Assembly (NCBI RefSeq): GCF_964194155.1
Contig: NC_135891.1
Coordinates: 109,864,001-109,928,000 of the forward strand
DNA: 64,000 nt
Direction of reading: 5' to 3'
Origin: Cetorhinus maximus
Taxonomy: Eukaryota
The translations under genes and the position numbers were made by a program. This document shows, piece by piece, positions 47,543 to 60,556 of this stretch (position 1 is its first letter; the number at the start of each line of letters is the position of its first letter). The notes below the pieces were generated by a model that was not told where the DNA came from, searched no databases, and saw only the letters and a list, made by a program, of their open reading frames with translations.

Positions 47543-48776
47543 TTACTCCTCCTGGAACCGTGTGGCTATTAGTATCTCATGGGCACGTCTTCCACATCGA
47601 GCTGCTTCGATGGCAGCCTCTCATAGAAACTCGCCATCGTCTTCCCCCTCAGCTTCCTGCCCTTCCAGGTCTTCATCATCCGAAGAGTTCTCAGCCTCCT
47701 CCATGTACCCCTCTGGCAAGTCATCTCCCTTTCGAAGTTCCAGATTATACAGGGCGTATCGCATCACTATTATGTGGGATACCCTCTGTGGAGAGTACCC
47801 CAGAGCCCTATCTGAGCGGTCCAAGCATCAGAAGCACACCTTGAGGATCCCGATGATCTGCTCTATGATGGATCTAGGTGGGTTATGTGGCAAGTTGTAT
47901 CTCTCCTCTGAGGCACTTTGAGGATGACGCACGGTTGTCAGGACCCACCTTTTCAGCAGGTATCCCTTATCGCCCAACAGCCAGCCCTGTAAGTGCTGCG
48001 GCCCTTCAAATGTCTGAGGCACCTGGAAGTGACTCAAGACGTAGGAGTCATGGGAATACCAGGGCACCTGGCATGAACGTGCATGATGTGCTTCTGATGA
48101 TCGCACACCAGCTGAACATTGATGGAGTGGAACCTTTTCCTGTTAATGAACATCAGGGGCTGGTGCCATGGAGCCCTCAAAGCCACATGTGTGCAATCGA
48201 TTGCCCCCTGTACTTTAGGGAAGCCTGAGATAGCTGCAAAACCCAAGAATTTAGCAGCCTGGCTAGCTTCATCCAATGTGAACGTCTCATAATAATGAGC
48301 CTTACTGTAAAGGCATCCATCATTTCCTGGATACATTTATGTGTTGAGGACAGAGAAACGCCGCATGTATCCCCTGTGGATCCCTGGAATGACCCGCTGG
48401 CTTAAAAACTGAACGCAGTGAACACCTTCAGGGACACTGGCAGGGGATGTCCTCCCAGTCCATGCGGCATCAGATCCTCCCACGGAATGTGGCAGTATGA
48501 GCGACCAAGTCTCTTGACAAGCATAGATATGTGTAGCATTGTCTCTCACTTATCTCCAGATAGGAATGGGGTCTTCAGTAGACCCTTGGTCGTGCAAGTT
48601 GCCTCCATGGGGTGGGTCTGACCTCCTCATCCGCTGGGTGTTGTTGGAACTCCCCTGGACCAGGGGCCTCAGGCCTGGCTTCCACTTGAAGCTGTGATAG
48701 GTGGCGCCAGGCCATTCTTCTGCTCCTCAATTGGAACAGCTTTCAAGAAGGCAGCATTAAGTGCAGGCTCCATCAT
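47543..48776 (-). pseudogene. HARBI1-like Harbinger transposase, multiply disrupted
   Basis: GFPKVQGAIDCTHVALRAP, FINRKRFHSINVQLVCD, SHDSYVL, LLGDKGY, IEQIIGILK, acidic C-terminus. Confidence 0.92.
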
Positions 48777-51199
48777 TCACTCCTCCTTCTCCCTGTGGAC
48801 AGTTGGATGCAATAGATTGATGAATGATGGGCAACAATAGTCGACCTCCCACTTGCAACCAGAAAGCCACTGTCATGTCCTAGAGCAGTGTCAGTGCTAC
48901 TTACCTTTCCCTGGTCCAGCGCTCCAGCTGAGGCACTACCCCACAGATCTAGGTGACTAAGATGCCACCCCAGATACTTGGCATCTTAATCTCTGAGAGG
49001 TTGGAACAGGCTTCAGCACATCCGTGATACATTCAACCTTACAAAGAGCTATGTCTGCTCTGGTTTACTGATAATACCTAAGTAGCACTTTTGCAATGTC
49101 TGGATGCCCTTTGGCTCATTAGCCATGCCAATTGGAGAAAGCACCTTCCAAGCTTTCATTGGTCATCTTTCCAGCAATGGTGCTCCCTTCATGGTTGGCT
49201 GCATCTTCCATTCTCACATTCCTCTCTGTTAATGCTCAAATTGATCTATTTTATGGTGACCTCAATGAGTCCTGCACTCTTAAGTTAAAACACTCCAAAT
49301 GTCAGTGGTTCCAATTGCATCTTCTCAAAACACTCTTCCTGACTCCTATCAGCTCAGAGTTCATTTCAATGTTGTGATTCAAAGCAGTTTGAGGGTGGCC
49401 CCTGAGAGAGCCTTGAGTCCAGCAGTGGGCACCTCCCACACTGCCTCGGACTCCTCCCATGCAGATTCTTTTCCAGTTTTGATTTTAAATTGCGTCTTAA
49501 CTTTGAGGCCTCAAGATGGTGGTGCTGCATTTTTACTTTGAGACCAGCTTGGACCCTCCCCCTGTCATGTCAGGCACCCCCCCCTAACCTTCCTCGAACA
49601 TTACAATGTGTAGGTTGAACTCCCTCCTGTGATACTCCAGCCTCCCCCAGCAGCCCTGGATCCCATTATCATTATGGTGGACATTCCTGCCCTTCCCCAG
49701 GAACCCATCACTGTTGGTGTCCCCATGCCCCATGTGGACCTCACCCTTCCCCATCTTGAGGCTGTGTGTGCACGGTCACATACAGAGGCAACCCCTGCCC
49801 CACCAAGAGAGATTTGAGTGCCCTCCTGCCTTTATTGCAAGTGTCTCCCTTGACCATGACCATGACCATCCCATCTACAGCTCAGTACCGAGCCAGATAA
49901 CCCCATCACCCCTGAGTGTGAGACAACAGCCAGGCCTTGCACACTGAGCTGTGCCTAATATGCATTGAGCACACAGGCCATGCCCCTCCCTGGGGTGGGA
50001 AGACACCGCGTGTGCCATGCATAGCCTTGTAACATGCCTACGAAGACCCAGAACTGCCTTAATCTCTCACCTTGACTCAGTGGTCCACAGAGCCCCAGGA
50101 CTGCCTTTATCTCTCAACCAGACCTCTTTGGCCCAGTCCAGGGACTATGCCTGCCTTTCACTCAGCTCTCCAGTTCCTTCTGGACTGTCCACAAGACCGT
50201 TTCCCCTCCATGAGTATCTGTGCAACCCATCCTTCTTATGTAAGCCTTCCCCCCACCGACATCACTCGTAAGCCTATGTACAAGCCTTCCCTCTCGTGCC
50301 AAACTAACCCCCCCCACAACTTTCCTATTCCAGAGTCTGTGTGCATCCCCTTGCATCCATGCAATCCGAATCCCATCCGCCCCCGCCCCCACTTCTGTGT
50401 CTACATGCCGGTGTTCCATGTCGGATTGCAGCTTCCCCATCCACAATCATTCCTCCATTCCTCTACCTGCCATTGTGCACCCCCCACCCCAAACACCACC
50501 ATACCCCCTTCTCCCTCATGCCTTAGTTTTCTTCTCTGCACCCTCCCCTCACCCCCCCCCCCCCCCCCCCACCCCACCCCACTGCCCATACACCTTCACT
50601 GTCATGACTCCAGTATTCCAATTCCCCTCTGGTTGCCATGCTGGTCTCTGTTTTAGAGTGCAGCCTTGACTGAGGCCTGCAGTGCACAATGCTGTCATCC
50701 TAGAATAGCCCGGCAGCCACCGTGAGCCGCCCAGCTCAGGACCCGTGAGCAGCCCAATCAGTAAACCCCCATCAGTATGCTAACACCGGCATTGCTGAGG
50801 ATCCAGAGCAGCGCTGCTAGGCTCCAAATATTGCACTGATCTCAAAGTCATGAGCGAAGTGACAGTGGGGTGCTGCATGCCACTTATGTCCGTTCGTGAA
50901 TCAGACTGGTCCAACTTCCCGCTGGCACGGCACGTAATTAGGAGGGGGAACGTGATTCCAGCGAGCTGCGTTTTTAATGAGTATTCATGACATGCTAATA
51001 CATGCAGATGGGATTCCCGACATAGACCAGCAGGAAATCCGACCTGCATTCAGCCCTCCGTAAAAGTGGTGAGGGGAAAATTCCGATTTGCTCGCCCACC
51101 AGCGGGATTCTGACTTTTGCGCTCTCTCCAAATTTCCTGCTCCCGCCCAGCACGAAGCCCACTGCTGGCGGAACCGGAAAATTCCACCCAGAGTCTTTT

Positions 51200-51620
51200 T
51201 GCAGTCAGCGGAGTCCGAATTCAGTGCTTGAGCATTAAAATCAAGGCTGACACTCCACCTCAGTTCTGAGGGAGCGCTGCACTGTCAGAGGTGCCATCTT
51301 CTAGACGAGACATTAAAGCGAGGCCCCATTTATTTGTTCCGGCAGCTGTAAAATATCCCACGGCACTATTTTAAAGAAGAGCAGGGGAGATCTCTCTGGT
51401 GCCCTGGCCAGCTTTTATTCCTCAATCAAGATCACAAAACAGATTATCAGGTCATTATTCGCATTGTTGTTTGTGGGAGATTGCTGGGCACATATTAGCC
51501 GCCACATTTCCTATATTACAACAGTGACTACACTTCAAAAGTACTTCTTTGGCTGCAAAGCACTTTGAGACGTCCAGATGTCATGAAAAGCCCAAATAAA
51601 TGCGAGTCTTTCTTTTCATT
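51200..51620 (+). mobile_element. DeuSINE (SacSINE1/AmnSINE1-like Deu domain) with L2-type tail
   Basis: CTGAGGGAGCGCTGCACTGTCAGAGGTGCC..TTAAAGCGAGGCCCC..GGCACTATTTTAAAGAAGAGCAGGGGAG; tail TAAATGCGAGTCTTTCTTT. Confidence 0.85.
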
Positions 51621-52313
51621 AGCCCTTAACTCGCCAAGGTATACCCAACATCCAAATCTCCAGGATGTCCAACAAAAACATGTACCATAAAACTTGTAAA
51701 TAAGCAATCTTGCTTCCATATGCCCTGCTACTTTATCCTGTTTTTGCTGCTTTCATAGAATCTAACAGTGCAGAAGGAGGCCATTCATCCCATCATGCCT
51801 GTTCCAGTTCTTTGACAGAACTTCCCAATTATTCCCCCTCCATAAGGTCAAAGGAGCTGTCACAGATGTTATTGTGTAAACACTTAATCCACTTGATTCC
51901 AATTAAGTCCTTCACTATTTTAACTTGGTCACTACCTGTCTGCTAAAATAATAGGGAGGAAAATAATACAAGTATCTTAAATGTTTTCAAAATAACATTA
52001 CTTACAGCCATTTCTACCCTAATGCTTCATTTTCTAAATTCCTATTCTAGCTCTACTTTATTCTTTCTCTCTCTTCTTCGGAATTATTTCTCACTTCACT
52101 TCCTGACTCTTGTCCTTTTCTTTATTTGAAAATTTTCTCATTTTTCCTTCTGCTCCTTGCAGAAACATATCATGGGGCACTTCTCGTTGATGTTTTCTGT
52201 CCCCAATCCATCTATCTGGTTCCCTCAATGTTGCCTCACAGTTCCTCATGCTGGACCCTCCTCTCTGCTATTTTATACCGTTCTCCTCTTTTATTTATGA
52301 AGCTGGCATTTTT

Positions 52314-54002
52314 GGGGGGAATTTTCCCAAGCTGTTGGAGGAGGGTTTGGGGCTGAGCGGTGTGGGAAAGCCCCAGAAGCTGAATTTGGGTCAAAATCCT
52401 GATACGATCTCACCCTTTTGTGGCTTTCCCCGAGCAGCATTGAATGGGGAGCCCCCATGGCCTGGCCGGTAAGTAATTCAGATGTTGTTGAGGTTGTGCA
52501 GAAGTAAATTAACGGCTGTTTTAACACTGAATCCTAAATTTCCAACCCATGGAATATGTTTCCCAACCTGTCTGCACCTTCCCAGATTCATGGATGCGAG
52601 TGCACAGCTGGAGATCTTCCTCAGTGAAATTGACAAGTTGGGAAGTCTTTGATCAGTTACAGTGATGAGCTCCAGCTCTGGCCAAGCGAGAGGCTGCTGG
52701 TCAAAGCACTACGGCTCTCCGAGAATGCCACCCCTGCTTGACAGGTGATTGCCAACTTCATGGAAGGCACTTCATCAGACTAACACTTCAACTACCTTCG
52801 GCCTCAATTCCCTGTTGCCAGCCTTCACCATGGCATTGGGAGAAGCTTATGCAGCTCCACCTTCCACCTCTGCTGAGGTTCAGGAGCAGAGACCACACCA
52901 TCATTAACAGCACCAGCTGCTTTCTCCTCAACATCTTGCACCTCCACAGGGCTGAGGGAACGGACACCGAGATCCAGCTGGAAGGAGGCAAGGATCACAA
53001 CACAGGGCCTACAGGCAGCGAATCAGCTCTCTCAGCATGTCGGAGCACCTCAGGAGGCTCAGGCTTCTAGGGCAGGTCACTACTGACGTCTTACAGCCTC
53101 CTGGGACTCCCCGTGGAGCAGGTGGGCATGCATTGCCATTGGCCAACAAGGTGCCTGTCACTGGAAGGCCATTCCCCCAGCCCCTCCCTCTCCAACCCGC
53201 ATCACTGCCTCTTGCCAAGCTCTGTGCTCTCTTCTTTTGCAAGGACAGAAAGCGGAGTGGTGAGAACGCTGATAAAGGTTTGTGTGGAGAGGAGGAAAGG
53301 ACACTATTTATGGAGGGTGACAGTGAGGTATGGCTGCTAGAGGACAATAAGCTGAGAGTGAGGCTTTGCTGTTTGAATGGGGGTGTGAGGTGTCTGGAGA
53401 GAGAGGGATGAGTGGCACTGCAAAAGTACGTTAGCCTGAGGATTGCTGTGCAGCAGTGTGCTGGCAAGTCAAGTGTGGGACGTGGCACCTGAATGTTCTG
53501 CCACTCACCTTCTCTGTCCTCCTGTGGTCCTGGATCCTCTCAGTACATTGCCTTCAGATTGGAGGGGCCACACATCCTGCTGCTGACTTCCTCATCTCTT
53601 CCATCTGCACTTGCTCAGTTGGAGAGCTTATCCTCTTCCTCCAGACCTCTCCTCACTGCAGCCCCACAAATCCCTCAGCAGAACCTTCAGGTAAGAGTGA
53701 GAGACCTGGGGAGTAACCTTCTCAGGTTTACTCTCCATTCCTCCAGGTTCCGCAGGCTGAAATATCCAAGTGCTGGTGAGCTCTTCACAAACATGCCATG
53801 ATCTGTTTAATTAGCAATCCTTCCTTTGATAGAATATATGCATCATTCTGTTCGCCCTCCCTGATTGGCCAGGGAGTCCAGAGACAGGCATATGATTGGT
53901 TTGCTCTGGGGAGGAGCAGCCATAAAGCAGGCACATCAAGGGATGGGGTTCCAAACCTCAAAATAGTCACACCGTTGTGACTAAGGGGAAAAGGTTCTAC
54001 CC
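52314..54002 (-). mobile_element. Non-autonomous Harbinger derivative retaining Myb-like gene remnants
   Basis: GGGGGGAATTTT ... AAGGTTCTACCC with TTT on both sides; 53040-53720 homologous to 7290-9290; no transposase motifs seen. Confidence 0.6.
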
Positions 54003-54269
54003 TTTTGAGTTTAATTGACTCCAATATCCAAGGCCTAGCAATGAGTATGGAACCGAGTCACTCCTCTATAGTCCACTCTGCAATCCAATACCTAAACTTG
54101 GCATATCCATGAAACTCCAATCATTGATCTATTGGTCTGGCTTATTGACAGGAGTTGTTATTGTAAACAGGGAGTATTCCTACACTAACGAGTAAGTAGT
54201 CCGTGATGGGTAGGTTTTAGGAAGCTGATCAGAGCAATGTCCTGATAAACTTCACAGTTAAATGCGACG

Positions 54270-54385
54270 TGCTTGGGGTGGGGTAATGGAGTTGAAGCCC
54301 AATATCAGCCATGATCGTATTGAATGGCAGAGCAGGCCTGATGGGCTGTGTGGTCTACTCTTGCTCCTATTTCTTGTGTTTTTGT
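54270..54385 (+). mobile_element. CR1 3' UTR fragment
   Basis: ATCAGCCATGATCGTATTGAATGGCAGAGCAGGC..CTACTCTTGCTCCTATTTCTT. Confidence 0.75.
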
Positions 54386-55123
54386 CCTTGTTGTTGTGAT
54401 ATTGTATGCATGTCAATACGGAAACTGACATGTCCCTTTAAGAAGCTGCATAGTGACATCACTATGACATTGCCATGTGTCCAGCTGGAGAATAAAAGGT
54501 ACAGCCTCCATATTAGATGTTCATTATTGCCTGTGATCTCTACTGCAGATGTTCACTACTGTCTGTGACTCTGTATCAGTAAGGCTTTATAACTACCTTA
54601 TGAGTGAAGTAATCAGCCTATGTAACTGTTAGGACCCAGGCTAGATCGAGGCCTGTGCAGAGCTGTATATAGTTGTTGCTGGTAATAAACTTCATATAAT
54701 TGTGTTTGGCCAAAACCCTCGCCAGTCTCAATATCTTGTTTAGCATAGATAACATAGAGACAGTTCCCTTGAGGTCTACATCAAGACCCTCAACATACAT
54801 GGTGGCAGCAGACCGTAAGAGACAGTGACACTTGTGACTCCCCAAACTCTCCAGCGTTTGTTAATAATGCCTAGCTTCTCTGGGCATAGATAAGGTTTAG
54901 AAATTGGTTTTGGCTAAACTCAAAATGCCACGCTAGGTGGAGAGAGGAGAGGATTAAATAGGATAGGGAGAGATAGATGGGTTAGGTAGCAAGGATTCAA
55001 CCATATGAAGCAAACAGAAAATCTACATTTCTTAATATGTAAGATACTCACTGAATGAAAAACAGGGTCAGCAAAGCATGAAGGCCAACATGGAAATGCA
55101 GCAATTCTCTCAATTCTCCCATT

Positions 55124-55833
55124 GGGCAGGATTTTCCCCCCATCAGGGGTGAAGTTGAAGGGCGGGCGCGCACAGGCGTGCCTCCGATTGGTGCCCCCGA
55201 TAGGGGGCGCGGTGCCATTTTGCGCGGGTGGGCCAATTAAGGCCCACCCAGCGCGACGTTCACACGGAAGATCTGTACGCTCCCTGTGTGGGCGAGGGGG
55301 TCGGGAATCCCTAAATCGAGAGTGTGCTCTGTCGTACATGCGCACGAAAGAGCACACTCATCTCCCTGAGGCTAAGTGCAGTCTCAGGGAGATCGGCTGT
55401 TCTGTGACAAAAATTAAAAATAGAAAAAAAAATTCCTGACATGTCCCCTCACGTGACACTGTCACATGAGTTGGGACATGCCCACAATTTTTACAAAAAC
55501 TTCAATAAAATTTTTTAAAACCCACATGAAACCTCATCCCGTCCATGGATGAGGTTTCATGCTTTTTTTTAATTCTCGCCGGGGCTCCCGGCCTGCCCGC
55601 CAACCTTAAGGTTAGATGGGCAGGTCCATTAATTAGCTAAATGACTCTGTCAATGGCCTCAATTGGCCATTTTCAGGTCGGCGGGCGCACAGCTGATCTG
55701 GCTGTGCCCCCGCCTACTGGAAACTTTGAATGGGGTGGGGTGACATCAGGAGTTCCACCCGACATCATCGCGCGTCATTGTATGCATCGGCGAGCGGCCC
55801 CGCCTCCCGCTCGCCAACGGGAAAATCCTGCCC
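55124..55833 (+). mobile_element. Harbinger MITE, best-preserved copy (710 bp)
   Basis: Perfect 15-bp TIR GGGCAGGATTTTCCC / GGGAAAATCCTGCCC; TSD ATT. Confidence 0.95.
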
Positions 55834-55933
55834 ATTATCTTCTTTTCTCTCTGACAGTAATAGCATTTTTAAGATGTATTTGTTAATGACATATAACAGC
55901 GTTTTTGTATGTCAAAAAATCCTTATCTCGTAG

Positions 55934-57536
55934 TGTTGTGAAAATGTCTAATTTAATGATTCGTTTGTTTTAGGAGTATAATTGTTAGTTTAGGGATTGA
56001 AGTTTTAAATGTAAGATAATGGAAGCACCTGGTTTAGGGAGGTTGGTAAATAGATTGAAAAGTAATTGCAATTCAAAGGATAGCCTGTGTTTATTTAATG
56101 AGGTCAGAGTTGGAAGTATGAAAACACTGAACCATAGGCTTTCTTTCTGAGTTTCGTAGTGGAGGTGGGATGTCTACAGTTGTCTCCATAAGAGGTTTAA
56201 ATTATTCATGTGATTTCCCAGATCAAAGAAAGGCTGGAAAGCAACTTTTAAATAAGGGAAGTTCTTAAAATATTCATTTTTTTAATATTCATTTATGGGA
56301 TGTGGGCGTCGCTGGTTAGGCCAGCATTAATTGCCCATCCCTAATTGCCCTTGAGAAGGTGGTGGCGAGTTGCCTTCTTGAACCGCTGCAGTCCATGTGG
56401 TGTAGGTACACCCTCAGTGCTGTTAGGAAGGGAGTTCCAGGATTTTGACCCAGTGACAGTAAAGGAACGGCGATATATTTCCAAGTCAGGATAGTGAGCG
56501 GCTTGGAGTGGAAACTCCAGATGGCGGTGTTCTTGTCCTGCTAGATGGTGGTGGTCGTGGGTTTGGATGCTGCCGAAGGAATCTTAGTGAGTTTCTGCCG
56601 TGCATCTTGTAGATGATACACACTGCTGACATGGCGGTGGTGGGAGTTTGGGAATTGAAGTTAATTAGTTGAAATCTCTATCTGGGACATCCCAGGTGTT
56701 TCGCCCTGTCGTGGGGATAGGTTGGGGTTATCTGTGTGATTTTTTTTGTAGAAAACGGATCATTTACGTCCATAACTGGAACAGCTTGGAAATGGACAGA
56801 GAGTGAAATCTGCCAGCAGTTGGAGTTGGAGCCTGGAAGCAGCTTTGAGAGGCAGAGCGAGAGAATTTGCCAGTAGCTGTAGACCAGAAGCAAAGGGCTA
56901 CAGAAATAAGGGTGTTTTTTTGATTTTGGAGTCACTGAGCAAGAGTGTAGTGGAGCCCATGCCTGAGCTGCGGTGTCTACAATAATGAGATGCTTAAAGA
57001 AAATTGGAGGGTCACATAGGCTGATGCTAGTGGAGGAACCCCAAGAAATCTCATACCTCGGAGAATAGCAAGAACACTAAGGAGAATCAAAGTGAATTCC
57101 TGAGAGTTGTGGCATACCTTGATTTGGTCCCAGGAGAAGTGAAGAAGAAGTCAAGATCCTGTAAAGTGCATGGAAAATCTTGGGTGGAAATAAGAGTAGG
57201 AAGGGAAGTGGTCAGCTGAGATTTTTGGGTTTAAAATCTGAATTGAGAAAATATAAAATGTTAAGTTAGTGGCACTTGCTTTGTTTAACTCTTGTACAGT
57301 AAAAGCTTTTGTTTGAAACAGGAAACCACATGGCGTAATTCTTTCGGTTAATAACTGGGGGTGGAATTTAATGTCCCCATCGTGGCACAGGCTGGGCCGT
57401 AAAATGTGGCGAGTTGTTCAGGAGTCCATCGACTTCGACAGGACCAGAAAATCCTGCCAGCGGGACGGGCTGTAAAATTCCACCCTGGGAGTTTGAATTT
57501 CTTTTTAAATGTTAATGGGCTCCATTGGTCATAACA
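55934..57536 (+). mobile_element. Solo LTR with nested family-B LINE 3' end (-, ~56275-56640) and mini-MITE
   Basis: TGTTGTGA...TCATAACA termini; composition like the 25085-25940 LTR; flanks GTAG/ACAG only partly match. Confidence 0.6.
57359..57485 (-). mobile_element. 127-bp mini Harbinger-type MITE
   Basis: GGGTGGAATTT / AAAATTCCACCC; TSD TGG. Confidence 0.88.
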
Positions 57537-58369
57537 ACAGCCTTGTCAATTATAATCCAAATTATTTTAATTTTCAATAGTCTGTATCACTACATAGAGG
57601 AACCATTCAAAAATTAAATTTTCCCCTTATATATATAGATAGTGGCATTTTTATCAAATTCTACTGGGTATAATGGATAATCAGAAATTGGGGAAAATTT
57701 AATTCACTTTTTTCAGTTTATCTCTTCTCCTAAATGCAGTGACTAATACTCAGCTTTCATTTCAAGACCTTAAGTACTTTGTCCAAGTGACTATTCTTCA
57801 TGTGAGAATCCTGGGAGTGAATCCAGCAGGCTGTTTATCCAAGAAATGTATCACAACCAAATCTAACCCTTTCTCACCCAGCTTCTGACATGTGTGTTTT
57901 GCAATCAGGCACTATAAAAATTTGGACAGATTTTTTTCCTTTGTCTTTGACCTGTACTAAGGACAATCGCTGAATACAATTGCACTATTGTCCAATGTTT
58001 AACTGTTTCTTTTTCGTGGGTAATTCCAATACTGGAGAAACATGGCAAACCTCATCTATTAAATCTCACAAAAGGTTTTTGCCTACATTAATTAACAAAG
58101 GACTAAAAGATGGAAAAAATGTTCCAATAAAGTGCTTCCAGTGTATCTGAGATTGATTATAGTCACTTCCTAAACATAGCTTCAGTTAAGGATAGATTAA
58201 AGCCAATCTATCTGAGTGACCAGTATCTAGTATGGACAATTGAAGGAGGGTACACCTCAAAAATTTCTTGTGACTTTCACAAACAGCGTTCAATAAAATG
58301 TAATGTGGTATTTTTCCATAGTGAAGCATTTTACTTTAAACCAACATAATGTATTACAGTAACTTAACA

Positions 58370-59410
58370 TTTTTTAAAATGTATTCATTCATGGGATGTG
58401 GGTGTCACTGTCTGGGCCAGCATTTATTGCCCATTCCTAATTGCCCTTGAGAAGGTGGTGGTGAGTTGTCTTCTTGAACTGATGCAGTCCATGTGGTGCA
58501 GGAACATCCACAGAGCTGTTGGGAAGGGAGTTCCAGTATTTTGACCCAGCGACAATGAAGGAACGGTTATATAGTTCCAAGTCAGGATGGCATATAACTT
58601 GGAGGGGAACTTCCAGATGGTGGTGTTCCCATGCCCTTGCCTTTTTATGTGGTAGAGGTCACAGGTTTGGAAGGTGCTGTCGAAGGAGCCTTGATGAGTT
58701 GCTGCAGTGTATCTTGTAGATGGTATACACTGCTGGCACTGTGCGTCAGTGATGGAGTGAGTGGATGTTGAAGGTGGTGGATGGGGTGCCAATGAAGCAG
58801 GCTGCTTTGTCCTGGATGGTATCGAGCTTCTTGAGTGTTGTTTGAACTGCACTCATCCAGGCAAGTGGGCAGTATTCCATCACACTCGTGACTTTTGCCT
58901 TGTGGGCAAAAGTGGACAGGCTTTGGGGGGGATCTGGAGGTGAGTTACTCGACACTGCTCTTGTAGCCACAGTATTTATATGGCTGGTCCAGTTCAGTTT
59001 CTGGTCAATGATAACCCAGAGGATGTTGATAATGAGGGATTCAGTGATTGTAATGCCATTGAATGTCAAGGGGAGAATGTTAGATTCTCCTTTGTTGGAG
59101 ATGGTCATTGCCTGGCACTTGTGTGGCATGAATGTTACTTGCCACTTATCAGCACAAGCCTGAATATGTCCAGGGTTTGCTGCATATGGACATGGACTGC
59201 TTTAGTATCTGAGGAGTCATGAATGGTGCTGAACATTGTGCAAACATTAACAGACATTCCTACTTCTGACCTTAGGATGGGGGGAAGGTCATTGATGAAG
59301 CAGTTGAAGAGGGTTGAACATAAAGGACACTAACATGAGGAACTCTTGCAGCGATGCCCTAGGACTGCGATGATTGACCTCCAACAATCACAACCATCTT
59401 CCTTTGTACT
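58370..59410 (-). mobile_element. Family-B LINE 3' ~1 kb
   Basis: PHKCQAMTISNK..IDQKLNWTSHINTV..VMEYCPLAWMSA; 3' UTR at 58370-58450. Confidence 0.9.
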
Positions 59411-59502
59411 AGAAACATGAAATGATTACTATTGCCTTGTCAATTTTAAAGGATTGAAGAATACTTATGACTAACATTATGGAAGGAATATTGTAAAGAA
59501 GT

Positions 59503-59654
59503 GTCAGCTGTGGCTCAGTGTGTAGCACTCTCACCTCTGAGTCAAAATGTTGTGGATGCAGATCCCAATCCAGTGATTTGAGCACATAATTCGGGCTGAC
59601 ACCCCAGTGAGGGAGTGCTGTACAGTTAGAAGTGCCATTTTCAGACAAGGTATG
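59503..59654 (+). mobile_element. DeuSINE 5' part
   Basis: GTGGCTCAGTG..TAGCACTCTCACCTCTGAGTCA tRNA-like head followed by GGCTGACAC..GAGGGAGTGCTG. Confidence 0.75.
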
Positions 59655-60556
59655 GGGCAGAATTTTGCCCTTGTTGGGCAGGTTTGGCGGAAGCGGGCTG
59701 GGGTGGTCGGGAAGCTGACCGCCGCCCGCGATCGGGGCCAGACCACGCTGGCCGGTCAATTAAGGCCCGCCCAGCATGAAAAGCGAGCGTCAGTGCTCAG
59801 CGCTGCCTGTGTGTGTGGGGGTGGAGTGGTGATGGAGGATAGCAACTGCAAACTTCACGCATTCATGCGGGAGCGGGCTTAAAAATAAAAAATAAAGATG
59901 TTATAAAACATGTCCCCTCATGTAACCCGCGATCCTGCAGGTGATCATTGACCAGAAACTGACCAGCTATATAAATACTGTGACTCTGTCACATGAGCAG
60001 GGACATGTTATTAATTAAATTTTAAAATGTTTATTTTATTTTTATTTGCTGTTGGAAACCTCATCCCGCCCATGGATGAAGTTTCAAAAAAATGCAAAGG
60101 CCGCTTGGCCTTTTTGCCTGCCCACCAACTGTAATGGTGCTGAACATTGTGCAAACATTAGCAGACATCCCTACTTCTGATCTTAGGATGGGGGAAGGTC
60201 ATTGATAAAGCAGCTGAAGATGGGTGGACATAAAGGACACTGACATGAAGAACTCCTGCAGCGATGCCCTAGGACTGCAACGATTCACCTCTGACAACCA
60301 CAACCATCTTCCTTTGCACTAGGAACATGAAATGATTACTATTGCTTTGTCAGTTTTAAAGGATTGAAGAGTATTTATGACTAACATTATGGAAGGAATA
60401 TTGTAAAAAATATTCCTGCCGACTCCTGCATGTGCCCCGCCAACCGGAATATTGCGCGAGTGCTCGAAGACATCAGGATGCTCGCCCGACGTCATCGTGC
60501 GTCATTTTACACTCAGTTAGGTCGGGCATGTGCCCGCCAAGCTAAACATTCAGCCC
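59655..60556 (+). mobile_element. Harbinger MITE carrying copies of neighbouring DNA
   Basis: TIRs GGGCAGAATTTT / AACATTCAGCCC; TSD ATG; 60133-60407 duplicates 59222-59497. Confidence 0.9.

Larger units (their letters stand above)
44959..51189. mobile_element. Full-length (6.2 kb) decayed Harbinger transposon
   Basis: TIRs GGGCAGAATTTTCC / GGAAAATTCCACCC; flanks GGA/AGA; convergent Myb-like and transposase genes. Confidence 0.9.

Noticed and set aside
50072-50669. Pro-rich ORFs and poly-C tract
   Set aside because: Low-complexity C-rich sequence inside the Harbinger; open frames reflect base composition.
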